The notes: generated from the letters alone by a model not told the origin. Shown: positions 9,839 to 19,741, numbered from the stretch's first letter. The stretch: 64,000 bases of DNA from Thermofilaceae archaeon (GCA_038861545.1 JAWCCZ010000004.1:189182-253181), one strand, 5' to 3'. Numbers and translations are program-made.

Positions 9839-10541
9839 TCAAACACCCATCCCACTTAGAGGTTTGTTTTTTAATTATGGCGTTTATCTCGTCACGTGCG
9901 ACCTTGCATGCGCGACTTGGATCTTCGCTCAACGTCACCGCTCTACCGATTATCTCAAAATCTGCTCCAGCCTCTATAGCTGAGCCGGGCTGCGGCCCCT
10001 GTGCTCCGATTCCGGGTGCTAGCAGCGTTAGCCTAGGCGCAAGCCTGCGGACCCTTCCAATTATATCCGGCTTAGTCGCCGGTACAACGCAACCCTCAGC
10101 TCCAGCATCAATAACAGCCTTAAGCAAGTCTTCAAGGTGAGCGTCGATAAGTGTAGATTGAGGATGGCTCATAGCTATCAACCCAAAGAGGTTCGGCCTA
10201 TTGGACAGCTTGGATAACTCCTGTATTCCACCTTGAAAAACGTGTACTATTGCACCGTCGAAACCCAGTTCCTTAATCAGTATAAGCTCCTCAGACACCA
10301 CGTAGGGTATGTCAGCCAATTTCATGTCACATAGCATGTAAAGAGCCTCGCCATACTTCTCGCATAAGTTTCTGATTATTTCAGGTCCCCATCGAAGCAG
10401 AAAAGGAAGCCCTATTTTAAGGCCAACCGCGTACTCTTTGATGAACTCTATAATTAAGTAGGGTTCAGCTGGTATGGTGTCAAGCGCTACGATAACCCTA
10501 GTTCCCTTCTCATGGGCTAGCCCCCACAGCTTACCAAGCAT
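9831..10541 (-). CDS. pyrF: orotidine 5'-phosphate decarboxylase
   Basis: IVALD, DMKLADIP, PGIGAQG, IIGR; start moved to ATG 10541. Confidence 0.95.
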   Translation of the reverse strand: MLGKLWGLAHEKGTRVIVALDTIPAEPYLIIEFIKEYAVGLKIGLPFLLRWGPEIIRNLCEKYGEALYMLCDMKLADIPYVVSEELILIKELGFDGAIVHVFQGGIQELSKLSNRPNLFGLIAMSHPQSTLIDAHLEDLLKAVIDAGAEGCVVPATKPDIIGRVRRLAPRLTLLAPGIGAQGPQPGSAIEAGADFEIIGRAVTLSEDPSRACKVARDEINAIIKKQTSKWDGCLNG

Positions 10542-10640
10542 CAACGCGACCTTTACAACATTGCATAAAAACATTCTGAAATACTGAAAATAACTTGAGC
10601 ATTAAGAGAATCCTTAATAACTTGTTTAAGCGGCTTTTAG

Positions 10641-11108
10641 TTGGTGGAACTAAGCGTTTCTGTTCAACCTATTGAGAAAATGTATAGAATTCTTCTTCCC
10701 AAATCAGTAGCCAGCTCAATTATAGAACACATAAAAGGAGAATACCCCATCGAGGCTTGCGGAGCCTTACTTGGTCACGTAACCAGTAATTTCTGTTTTA
10801 TCGATGAAACAGTCCCTCTAAGAAACATACTGGCCTCAACTACTTCTTTCTGGTTTGATGTTAGCGAGTGGATGCAGGTGATAATCAATGCTCGTAAGGT
10901 AGGTCTGGAGTATATTGGGCTTTATCACAGCCACGCACGCGATGAACCCCTTCCCTCGCTAAGCGATAGACATAGAATGATGGAATGCCCGGGCGAATGC
11001 TGGTTAATCGTAGCCTACAAACCCGGCTACCCAGTAAGGTTTGCGGCTTATAGAATAGATGACTACGGCTCTTCGATTTCTTCAATACCAATCGTGATCG
11101 ATTTTTAA
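10641..11108 (+). CDS. JAMM/MPN+ (M67) metalloprotease, desampylase-like
   Basis: PIEACG...YHSH...PSLSD JAMM motif. Confidence 0.9.
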   Translation: MVELSVSVQPIEKMYRILLPKSVASSIIEHIKGEYPIEACGALLGHVTSNFCFIDETVPLRNILASTTSFWFDVSEWMQVIINARKVGLEYIGLYHSHARDEPLPSLSDRHRMMECPGECWLIVAYKPGYPVRFAAYRIDDYGSSISSIPIVIDF

Positions 11109-11144
11109 ACGTTAGAGGAATATCTCTCTTCAATACAGGATATC

Positions 11145-12116
11145 GTGTCCGAAGTTTTGTTAGAAACTAAAAAGGAAGTCTCGCTAGAGAAGCTTGAATC
11201 GCTTACACGGAAAGCTAATGAGTTGAGGGCTAACCTCAACGCATTGTTGAGAGCTATAGAATCTAAGTATTCATCAGATCCCCGCTTCGGCAGCCTTGTC
11301 AAGAACCTATTGAAAGCTATACGTCCCCCTGAACCCATAGACAATAGCTTAATTGTAGCCTCTAATAGTCTTGAAAAGTACGTCACAGAACTTGAACGAG
11401 GAGTGAAAACTCTAACGGAGTACGCAGTAACCTTGGATAAAATTTACAGCGAGCTAGGGAGATTGGAAAACGAGGTAAAGGAACTAGGGAAGTGGGAGGA
11501 ACTGCTGAAAGAACTTGCGCCACATCTGTCAGCAGAAGCCACGAGGTTACTTTCCAGTGCTCATAAACTTATACAACAACCACCTTTCGACGACGTTAAA
11601 AGATTCTCAGACGAGATTTTAATACTCTCTAAGGAGATTAGGAGCCATAATAGAGTCTGTAAATCGGTTTATCTCAATCGTGTAAACGAACTTTTAAGTT
11701 CGGCTTCGCAACTGTATAAAGCTGTTAAAAGGATAGTTAAAGCTCAGCCATTTTCAGAGAGAAGTGAGATCAGATCCTACGAAGAAAGCCTCAGGAAGCT
11801 GGTTGAAAAACTCGAATCAGTTAACCGGAGACCGTTAGAGGAGAAATTAGATCTAACCTTGGTTAAAAGAGAAATCGAAAAAATCGAGAAAGAGATCTCA
11901 AATATCGCTGAGGGCTTGCTTAGCGGCGAGGAAAATTCTCTTATCAAAGAACTGGAAAAACTCACTAGATCGCTAGATAACAGACTTGTCAGTTACTCTA
12001 CGCTACTCGAAGCCCTTTCAAGGAGGACCGACATGTCGGTGGATAAAATAGCGTATATGTTATATGTGCTGGAAAAACGTGGGCTGATCACACTTCAAAT
12101 CCGGTTAAGCTCCTAG
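11145..12116 (+). CDS. long coiled-coil protein with probable C-terminal winged-helix domain
   Basis: E/K/L heptad-rich helices; C-terminal ...LYVLEKRGLITL. Confidence 0.7.
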   Translation: MSEVLLETKKEVSLEKLESLTRKANELRANLNALLRAIESKYSSDPRFGSLVKNLLKAIRPPEPIDNSLIVASNSLEKYVTELERGVKTLTEYAVTLDKIYSELGRLENEVKELGKWEELLKELAPHLSAEATRLLSSAHKLIQQPPFDDVKRFSDEILILSKEIRSHNRVCKSVYLNRVNELLSSASQLYKAVKRIVKAQPFSERSEIRSYEESLRKLVEKLESVNRRPLEEKLDLTLVKREIEKIEKEISNIAEGLLSGEENSLIKELEKLTRSLDNRLVSYSTLLEALSRRTDMSVDKIAYMLYVLEKRGLITLQIRLSS

Positions 12117-14548
12117 ACTTTCAAGGTGAAGGTGACTTCAGGGTATTCTGGAACCTCTTCTTCACCTTTACCATAATATCTCACTTCAACTTCCCGTACT
12201 CTCAGTGTACCGGCTATATCCGTAATACAGGCTTTCAGGTAATCAGCTAGATCTAATGGCGCATACAGGATTACTTGAGAAATCTGCGTGTTGAGAGGAA
12301 CACCCAGTTTGCTTTTAACCCGCCTGATCGCCGCAATAGTTTTAATAACCATTTCACCTTTTTGGATGATAACTTCATCATATGGCTCAGGCTTAGGCCA
12401 CGGTGAAACAGTTATGCTCTCCCACCCTATATGCTTCGCATATATATTTTTGTAAAGCTCTTCGGCTATATGAGGCGTAAAAATAGAGAGCATTTGTAAA
12501 ACTTTAAGTAGAACGTCGTACATTGTCTTCAGGGCTGCCTCCTTGCCTGGCCCACCCGCTACCCTGTATTTAACAGCTTCAAGATAATGATCGCAAAATA
12601 CATGCCAAGTGAACTCGACTAACTCGCTGGCTGCGCTTATATAGTCGTACCCTTCAAGCCTCTCCGTCACAGTTCTTATCAATATTTGTAACTTCCCATG
12701 TATCCATTTATCTAAAAGCTTAGAGTCGACATCAGCAGTTGAAAAACTTGAGTCAAGGTCTTCCAAGCACATCTCAACGAACCTTGCTGCATTCCAGAGT
12801 TTGGTAAGGAACCTTTTAGCAAATTCAACTCCTTCCCAAGTGAACCTGATATCCGATCCTGTGGTGGCAGCTAAAGCAACCCATAGTCTAAAAGCATCAG
12901 CTCCATACTTATCGATCACTTCAGCTAGGCTGACGTAATTCCCATAGCTTTTATGCATCATCCTACCATCCGTACCCCTCACCATTCCATTGATCAACGC
13001 GATTTTGAACTGAGGTTCTTCAAAAAGTGCAATCCCTCGAACTAAAAGGTAGTAATCCCAAGTCCTTATAATGTCATAACCGTTCGGTTGTAAATCCGCA
13101 GGGAACAATCGCCTATCCATCGCATCCGGCCATCCGGCTTGTATGGCTACCGTTATACTAGAATCCATCCATGTATCCATAACGTCGCTTTCTCCGATAA
13201 AGTCCTGTGAACCACACAGCGGGCATTTTTCAATTCCGGGGGCATCCCTCCTAGGATCAACGGGCAACCAATCAGGCTTGGCCACTATAACTTCTCTGCA
13301 ATTCTTGCAGTACCACACAGGGATCGGGGTGGCAAACGCCCTCTGCCTTGAGATAACCCAATCCCAGTCAAGAGAATTAACCCAGTCTTCCAGTCTCTTA
13401 TAGGCATGAGACGGGATCCATGTAATCAGTTTAGCTTTTTCTAGGATAGCAGATGCTAGATCCCTTGTTTTGACAAACCATTGGATTTTAGGTATGATCT
13501 CGATTGGCGTGTGACATCTCCAGCATGTGCCTATACTGCTTTTCACGTCTTCCGATTTAACATATAGACTATGCTGCTTTAGGAGCTCGAGTATTTTGCT
13601 TCTAGCCTCCTTCACGCTCAATCCCTTTAACGGGCCAGCCTCCGCGGTCATCTCACCCCTCTCGTTAACAACTACCCTGATAGGTAACGAATGCTTTTTC
13701 TGCCACTTTACATCCTCTTTATCCCCGTAGGTGCATATCATAACAACTCCCGTCCCAAATTCGGGATCTACTTCCTCCTCTGCTATAATTGGTACCTCTC
13801 TACCATAAATTGGCGTCAGAGCCGTACGTCCGATCAGTGTTCTATAGCGCTCGTCTTCTGGGTGTACAGCCAGAGCTACGCAAGCCGCAACAAGCTCGGG
13901 ACGTGTCGATGCAACAACTACCTCGCCACCCTCATTTAACAGGAACTTGAAGTAGTGGAGTTCCCTACTGGTCTCCACATACTCGACCTCAGCCTCAGCT
14001 ATAGCTGTTTCGCAGCGAGGACACCATGTAACCGGGTGCTCTTCTCTGTATATTAGACCCTTCCTATACATTAGGATGAAACTAAGCTGTGTTCTTCTCC
14101 AATAATCTGGGTTCATCGTCATGTACTCAGTGGTCCAGTCTATACTGCAGCCCATAGCCTTGAGCGAGGCGCGCATAGATTCTATCCATTTTAACGTGTA
14201 TTCCCGACATAGCTTAAGAAATTCGTTGATAGGTATTTCTCTCTTGGTTTTACCTACGGTTCTTTCGACACGAACCTCTGTGGGGAGGCCATGGCAGTCC
14301 CAGCCCATTGGAAAGAAAACGTTGTAACCCCTCATGCGCTTAAATCTTGCAGCGAAATCAATGTATGCGAAATTCAGCGCGTTACCGACATGGAGCTCTC
14401 CACTGGGATACGGGGGAGGAGTATCTATACTGTAAACTGGCTTGCTGCGATCATTACGATCAAACGCGTATATGCGCCGCTCTTCCCAGAATTTCTGCCA
14501 TCTAGCCTCAACTTCTTTGAAATCATACCTTTTTGGTAAATGCTCCAT
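12113..14548 (-). CDS. valS: valine--tRNA ligase
   Basis: DTPPPYPSGELHVGN, GWDCHGLP, DWVISRQR, MMHKS; start moved to ATG 14548. Confidence 0.97.
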   Translation of the reverse strand: MEHLPKRYDFKEVEARWQKFWEERRIYAFDRNDRSKPVYSIDTPPPYPSGELHVGNALNFAYIDFAARFKRMRGYNVFFPMGWDCHGLPTEVRVERTVGKTKREIPINEFLKLCREYTLKWIESMRASLKAMGCSIDWTTEYMTMNPDYWRRTQLSFILMYRKGLIYREEHPVTWCPRCETAIAEAEVEYVETSRELHYFKFLLNEGGEVVVASTRPELVAACVALAVHPEDERYRTLIGRTALTPIYGREVPIIAEEEVDPEFGTGVVMICTYGDKEDVKWQKKHSLPIRVVVNERGEMTAEAGPLKGLSVKEARSKILELLKQHSLYVKSEDVKSSIGTCWRCHTPIEIIPKIQWFVKTRDLASAILEKAKLITWIPSHAYKRLEDWVNSLDWDWVISRQRAFATPIPVWYCKNCREVIVAKPDWLPVDPRRDAPGIEKCPLCGSQDFIGESDVMDTWMDSSITVAIQAGWPDAMDRRLFPADLQPNGYDIIRTWDYYLLVRGIALFEEPQFKIALINGMVRGTDGRMMHKSYGNYVSLAEVIDKYGADAFRLWVALAATTGSDIRFTWEGVEFAKRFLTKLWNAARFVEMCLEDLDSSFSTADVDSKLLDKWIHGKLQILIRTVTERLEGYDYISAASELVEFTWHVFCDHYLEAVKYRVAGGPGKEAALKTMYDVLLKVLQMLSIFTPHIAEELYKNIYAKHIGWESITVSPWPKPEPYDEVIIQKGEMVIKTIAAIRRVKSKLGVPLNTQISQVILYAPLDLADYLKACITDIAGTLRVREVEVRYYGKGEEEVPEYPEVTFTLKV

Positions 14549-14675
14549 GGTTAACCCTAATTGCAGGCTTAGTAAAAATTTGCCCTTACGTTGGGAGGTC
14601 ATACTCCCCGATGCATTTTCACCCCTGTACTATGGGAACAGTTTCCCTTTTATCTTTTACCGCATGCGCTAGCCC

Positions 14676-15512
14676 ATGAGATACGTTATCGACCATGCAA
14701 CTGTGAAGAAACTAGCTTTGTACTTCAAAGATCCAGGTACTCAACAGTTGATTGACGTAGCTGAGGAAGTCGATCCGCAAGCCCAAATGGTGGAAAGTAT
14801 ACTGGAGAAATACGGTGCTTTTGAGAAAGCCGCGCTCTATATAACAGGTATTGCTGCGATTAGCTACATGCTGTCGGTTAAAGGCGAAGAACATTGGATG
14901 ATCGCTGCTCAACAAGCTTCCTCGGATCCCGCGGTGGATCTTCTAAAATTTGCTAGTTTTTCGCCCAGCGTTAACTTTAACAGAGGAGCTAGACTCAAGC
15001 GTATAGAAAGACTTCTCGGGTACGAACATTTCTTCTACAGCAGGATCAGTCAGTATCTTGCAGATCTGAATATGCTGAGAAGCGACCTAGCTAGTATTTT
15101 AAAGGCAGATAAAGACGCTAAAACTGTAGTCTTTGCTGTAAAAATGTTCTACTATTCTGCGAGAAAAGCGGGGATCAATGTTAAAGTTCCCCTTGAAATA
15201 CCCCTACCAGTGGACAGGAGAATCTGTTTAATTAGCCTTCTAAGCGGTATAATTAAGGGAGGCGCACCAACTTTACGGGACGCTAGAACGCTACTAATGA
15301 ATGCCTCTGGCTTGGTGAGACAGGCATGGGATACTGTGGGAAGAGAGAGTGGGATACCACCGTTAAGGATAGATGCCCTGCTCTGGTTGTTGGGAGGATG
15401 TTATGAGAAAAAGAGAGGGGCCGAGCAAGCCTTAGAAATAGCATCTAGCATGCTATCACCTAAATCCCCACGGGCCTTTCTAGCACTTCGACTGTTATTA
15501 GGACTTAAATGA
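14676..15512 (+). CDS. archaeal 8-oxoguanine glycosylase/AP lyase (AGOG family)
   Basis: DPQ, SYML..KGEEHW, KTVVFAVKMF, IPLPVDRRI, IPPLRIDALLW. Confidence 0.88.
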   Translation: MRYVIDHATVKKLALYFKDPGTQQLIDVAEEVDPQAQMVESILEKYGAFEKAALYITGIAAISYMLSVKGEEHWMIAAQQASSDPAVDLLKFASFSPSVNFNRGARLKRIERLLGYEHFFYSRISQYLADLNMLRSDLASILKADKDAKTVVFAVKMFYYSARKAGINVKVPLEIPLPVDRRICLISLLSGIIKGGAPTLRDARTLLMNASGLVRQAWDTVGRESGIPPLRIDALLWLLGGCYEKKRGAEQALEIASSMLSPKSPRAFLALRLLLGLK

Positions 15513-15596
15513 TGCCGTAAGCGCGCCCAACCAGTCGACTGCTCTCAAAACATGCAAGACTTATTTCTCTGAAAAAGACATTCAACTGGTGATCTA

Positions 15597-15959
15597 GTGA
15601 TCATAGCGCTTAAAATTAACGATTTGAAACTCCGTGTTTACTTAACACCATATTTCTCCCCTAAGACTTTCTCCAAGGTGGTGAACCAATTGCCCCTAAA
15701 CCTACATGCACACGTTTACGGGGATACATTAATAGCAGGTACGGGAATAGAGACCGCAGTTGAATCTCATAGGATTTTACTTTACGAAAGAGAACTCGCT
15801 TACTGGCCACCGGCAGCTGCGCTAGTTATCGCTTTAAGAGGTTCTACTAGCTTCGGTAGCCCTGTAAACCCTCTGGGATACATCATCAATGCAGCCGAAG
15901 AATTACGATATTTAAAAGATGGGGAGTCGCTTAGGATCATTCTAGATTTTGACAGTTAA
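15597..15959 (+). CDS. cyclophilin-like fold protein (TM1367/DUF369-like)
   Basis: SPKT...LPL, ELAYWPP, SPVNPLG. Confidence 0.75.
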   Translation: MIIALKINDLKLRVYLTPYFSPKTFSKVVNQLPLNLHAHVYGDTLIAGTGIETAVESHRILLYERELAYWPPAAALVIALRGSTSFGSPVNPLGYIINAAEELRYLKDGESLRIILDFDS

Positions 15960-15999
15960 TTTCAGCAATGCTTTTTGGAGTTTAAAGAGAGGGGTTCTT

Positions 16000-16572
16000 G
16001 TGAGGAGAGTTATATATTTTGTTACAACGAATGAGGGTAAACTACGCGAAGCCCGTATAGTACTTGGAAACTATGGATTTTATGTAGAAGCAGTAAATAC
16101 TAGGAAGCTCGAGCTTCAGTCGGAGAGCTTAGAAGAAGTAGTGAGTTTCGCGGCAGCGCAGCTGATTGGTAAAGTAGTTGACCCGTTTATAGTTGAAGAT
16201 TCAGGGTTGTTTATCCAAAGCCTTAATGGTTTTCCTGGTCCTTACTCCTCTTATGTGTATAAAACACTAGGAGTTAAGGGGGTGCTCAAGTTACTTGAGG
16301 ACATAGAAGACAGGAAAGCCAAGTTTGTGAGCGTAACTGCTTTATGCTTCCAAGGAGAAATACGTACTTTTAGAGGCGAAGTTGAAGGAACTATATCTTT
16401 CGAGGCTAGGGGTTCTACGGGATTCGGTTTCGATCCGATATTTATACCGGCTGGCTACGATTTAACCTTCGCCGAAATGACCCTAAAGTTAAAATGTGAA
16501 ATCTCGCACAGGGCGAAATCGTTATCAGTGTTAGCTAATTATTTACTAGAAATAACCGGTTCTTCTAAGTAA
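16000..16572 (+). CDS. non-canonical purine NTP pyrophosphatase (Ham1/RdgB family)
   Basis: TNEGK, EDSGL, FPGPYS, GFGFDPIF, SHR; start moved to GTG 16000. Confidence 0.95.
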   Translation: MRRVIYFVTTNEGKLREARIVLGNYGFYVEAVNTRKLELQSESLEEVVSFAAAQLIGKVVDPFIVEDSGLFIQSLNGFPGPYSSYVYKTLGVKGVLKLLEDIEDRKAKFVSVTALCFQGEIRTFRGEVEGTISFEARGSTGFGFDPIFIPAGYDLTFAEMTLKLKCEISHRAKSLSVLANYLLEITGSSK

Positions 16573-16640
16573 CTTTAAAATTGGATCATTCAGTCTAAAA
16601 TTACTGAATAATCTTAGGGGATATTAATTTCCAATTTTTA

Positions 16641-16680
16641 GAAGTATAAATATCGAGAAAAGTAATATAACCCTCAAGAA
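16641..16680 (+). promoter_or_regulatory. two candidate BRE/TATA elements upstream of the structured RNA
   Basis: gaagTATAAATA (16641-16652) and aaaagTAATATAA (16668-16680). Confidence 0.45.
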
Positions 16681-16691
16681 AACTGGATGCA

Positions 16692-16779
16692 GGGGCGAAA
16701 CCGCCGGTGAGCGTGGGGCAGTGCCACCCGCACAGAGGGCGTAAAGCGCTCCACTGGCTTAAGCCGGCGGCGCTTAACC
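16692..16779 (+). ncRNA. GC-rich structured ncRNA candidate closed by a bulge-helix-bulge motif
   Basis: GC island in an AT-rich intergenic region; GG/CC, GGCG/CGCU 4-bp helix, AAA and UAA bulges, CCGCCGG/CCGGCGG inner stem. Confidence 0.65.
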
Positions 16780-16834
16780 CTATTTATAAGTTTCGGGGAG
16801 TAGAATATTTTAAGTTCATAGATCGGCACGCCTA

Positions 16835-17797
16835 TTGAAAGACATGGTCAGGAGTTCTATTTACCGAGCGCTTTCGATTTGTAAGGCTTTAGTTACAAGG
16901 AAGCCTTTAGCCCTCTGCGACATCGGCGATTTGGATGGCTTAACTTGCGCTGTACTTTTCAAAATGAAATACAGGGAAGGCGTGCTGGTCTTAGCGTCAC
17001 CCTCCGATGTGAAAAATAGTAGGATATTGCGTGCTGTGGAATGGACATTCGTGGCCGACTTGCCATGCCCTGGAAAAGCTGTGCTACGAGCTGATCATCA
17101 TGCCACCAACACACCATGTGCTAGGCAAGAGTTTTACGATCCCAGAGCGCCGGCGGCGGCGGTTTTAGCCCTTAAGGCCCTCGGTTTGGAGGACTTTAAA
17201 CAAGCGGAAAGACTAGTTAAGTTAGCTGTCGAAACTGACACGGCAAAAATTGAATCCAATGAAGCCCTTGCGTTAAACGATGCTGTAAAGGGTGCAGGCT
17301 ATCGAGGTAAGCTCAGGCTGGCTGAAATGCTTTCAACTATGGAACTGGAAAAAGTGTTATCTAATGGAGAAGTTAAAAAATGGATAGAAAGGTATAGTAA
17401 GGTAAGGCTTGCAACCGAGAAACTGGCTTCAGAGTTACCAGATGTAGAACATTTCGTCGCAGTTTTCGAAAAAAATATGCAAATCTCTTACAGGTATCTC
17501 TCAATACTTATAGAAAGAAAAGGTGCAAAGTTTACTGCGATTATAGTGCCTAGAAGCTTCTCTATGATCAGAGTATACCTTGGGTCTTCAGATCAAGCTT
17601 ACGATGTATCGATGTTGGCGGGAAAGCTGGGAGGGGGAGGGCACCCATTTGCAGCCGGTGCTTCTATTAGAGGATACCCAGTTTCTAAAATTATTAGAAA
17701 AGTGCTGAAGGAGATAGCTGCATTCACGGGGCAAAAGGAGCTTAACGTATATATGATCGGGGGGCAGGGATTTAGACTAACTCTATTTACTCCTTAA
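16835..17797 (+). CDS. DHH/DHHA1 family phosphoesterase
   Basis: DLDG, ADL, DHH, GGGGHPFAAG. Confidence 0.85.
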   Translation: MKDMVRSSIYRALSICKALVTRKPLALCDIGDLDGLTCAVLFKMKYREGVLVLASPSDVKNSRILRAVEWTFVADLPCPGKAVLRADHHATNTPCARQEFYDPRAPAAAVLALKALGLEDFKQAERLVKLAVETDTAKIESNEALALNDAVKGAGYRGKLRLAEMLSTMELEKVLSNGEVKKWIERYSKVRLATEKLASELPDVEHFVAVFEKNMQISYRYLSILIERKGAKFTAIIVPRSFSMIRVYLGSSDQAYDVSMLAGKLGGGGHPFAAGASIRGYPVSKIIRKVLKEIAAFTGQKELNVYMIGGQGFRLTLFTP

Positions 17798-17802
17798 TTG
17801 CT

Positions 17803-19476
17803 TCACTGGAAAAGTGCCGCTTGAATCTCGCTACCTAATTCTATGTAAATTTTGTCAAGCCAATAACGTGCCGATCGTAAAACTTCGTCGAGGTAAGCTG
17901 TTCGAGCCCTTGAATCTATCCTTGCTAGAAAGCCCATTAATGGTGCCATGTTAAGCGCAGGTAGCTCATGACCCTCATATGCTAACCACCTCCTTTCAAC
18001 TGTTGCTAAAGCTTCTACTGTAGCACTTCCCTCTAACACTCGTTTGACCGCTTCCAGATCCTCGATAAGCAGCAACTGAGGTACAAGCACACTGGTTAGG
18101 AGCTTAGGTTTGGATACATGGCCGGAGACCACTTTTATTAGTCTCCTCCGAAGCTTTCTGTATAATTCTTCATTAGGTTCCAGCATGTTCAGTGCTTCGA
18201 ATAACTGTTGTGGAGGTTCAGAGAACGCAGAAGCACGCTTCAATAATTCTAGGAGTTCAATGCGTAGCGATTCGTATTTAAAGAATCCCAGCTTTTCATT
18301 TGCAACCGACTTTACAATTTTTGATGCGTATTCCTTGGCCAATTTAACGGCATCCCACTCGATGTGGTCAATCGTATCTTTATCCGAGTGGTAATAATCA
18401 ATATAATTCCACATGGAATGAATGGTAAGTGCTGGAACACCAATCCTACTAAAGGAGAAACTGTCGAAATAGGCTGAATCGAGTTCATATACCTTACCAG
18501 GACCCAATAGCTCTTTCACCGCGTCGCGATATTCAGGACCACTCGCGCTAATGATTAAAGGTTTACGCACAGGCAAATCCAAATTGACGACTGCTACAAT
18601 GTCGTTAAGTTCGCCTTGCTTCTCTGCAAATTCCACATATTTGCGGGATCCCCAAGACCAATACCATGCACTGTAGCCTGGCGCACCATATTCTTCAGCG
18701 CCAAAAGCCATGAATCCTATGTCACGCTGGTAGGCCATTTCGTCTGCCAGCAGTAGAAGCAGTGCAACGCCAACCGCATCATCAGCAGCACCGCTAAGCC
18801 AGTGATCATAGTGAGCAGTAAGAAGCACACTCGGTTCACCGTTTACTACTATCACATTACTTGATTCAGCATCCTTTACATATTCAGTCTTTACGCTTAA
18901 TTGAGCATAATGGACACGATCGTCGAGAAACGATAAAGCTGACTCGCGCTTGATGGTCACTGCTGGTATGGGGGCAGGCACGTTAGGGCCCTCTAAATGG
19001 CTCGGCCAATAATTTATCACGATTCTACGAAGCACATCTGCAGCGAAATCATAGAATACAACTCCCAGAGCTCCTGCTTCCACCAACATTGTGTACTGGG
19101 ATGCTATAAAGTCAGGGTCTTCTGGAATCATTCCAGTAAGTGCTATTTTACCTTGTACTTTTGAAAGGTTTAGGCGGGAACCTACGCCAGCGTGCACAAG
19201 CTCTCCTTCGATATAACCGCTTGGTGAGTTGGGCATCGCAATAGCTTGTACGTGCTTCGCATCGACTAGCAGTTCCACTTCTTTTTCTAACCAGCTAACG
19301 CAGGTAAACCTTTGAACTTCAGCGCTTAAGCCTAGGTTCTCAAATTCCTCGGCTAACCATGTTGATAAAGCTTGTTCCGCACGCGTTCCTGGCGGAGCTT
19401 CACCATGTGCTGTTATTTCCGAGATTTTTTGCTTTAAGAAGCTAAAATTGAACACAGGGCTGTGCTTCAAGTACAC
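17803..19476 (-). CDS. M28 family aminopeptidase with PA domain
   Basis: AHYDHW, GAADDAVG, AEEYG, YHSDKD. Confidence 0.9.
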   Translation of the reverse strand: MYLKHSPVFNFSFLKQKISEITAHGEAPPGTRAEQALSTWLAEEFENLGLSAEVQRFTCVSWLEKEVELLVDAKHVQAIAMPNSPSGYIEGELVHAGVGSRLNLSKVQGKIALTGMIPEDPDFIASQYTMLVEAGALGVVFYDFAADVLRRIVINYWPSHLEGPNVPAPIPAVTIKRESALSFLDDRVHYAQLSVKTEYVKDAESSNVIVVNGEPSVLLTAHYDHWLSGAADDAVGVALLLLLADEMAYQRDIGFMAFGAEEYGAPGYSAWYWSWGSRKYVEFAEKQGELNDIVAVVNLDLPVRKPLIISASGPEYRDAVKELLGPGKVYELDSAYFDSFSFSRIGVPALTIHSMWNYIDYYHSDKDTIDHIEWDAVKLAKEYASKIVKSVANEKLGFFKYESLRIELLELLKRASAFSEPPQQLFEALNMLEPNEELYRKLRRRLIKVVSGHVSKPKLLTSVLVPQLLLIEDLEAVKRVLEGSATVEALATVERRWLAYEGHELPALNMAPLMGFLARIDSRARTAYLDEVLRSARYWLDKIYIELGSEIQAALFQ

Positions 19477-19510
19477 GTTAAATTTTTCCCTCTAAAACAG
19501 CTACCTTCGT

Positions 19511-19714
19511 ATGACGTCTCCTGAGAAAAAGGATAGAAAAGTCCTGGAAGATGCATTAGATCATATCGATTCTGCGATACATCTACTCCACACTTTTGTT
19601 AAGTTTCAACCTTGTAAGTTAGAGGAGGTTGAAGATATAATCGTCTTACTAGAAGATGCTGGAGACGCGCTTGAGAAACTATCTAGGACTTTATATGAAG
19701 AACAGGCCGATTAA
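19511..19714 (+). CDS. small acidic helical hypothetical protein
   Basis: 67-aa ATG ORF filling an intergenic gap. Confidence 0.6.
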   Translation: MTSPEKKDRKVLEDALDHIDSAIHLLHTFVKFQPCKLEEVEDIIVLLEDAGDALEKLSRTLYEEQAD

Positions 19715-19741
19715 AAAATAACAGAAAAAGTGTGGCCTAAA

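Noticed and set aside
16573-16690. AT-rich tract as a replication origin
   Set aside because: No repeated ORB-like boxes and no cdc6 or whiP gene nearby
16700-16776. Permuted tRNA interpretation of the 77-nt circle
   Set aside because: Size and the 7-nt junction loop are suggestive, but there is no UUC T-loop, no U33 and no 7-bp acceptor stem in the permuted order
16690-16780. SRP RNA, RNase P RNA or 5S rRNA
   Set aside because: Too short and lacks their conserved cores; only a short CGAAACCGCCG resemblance to SRP RNA
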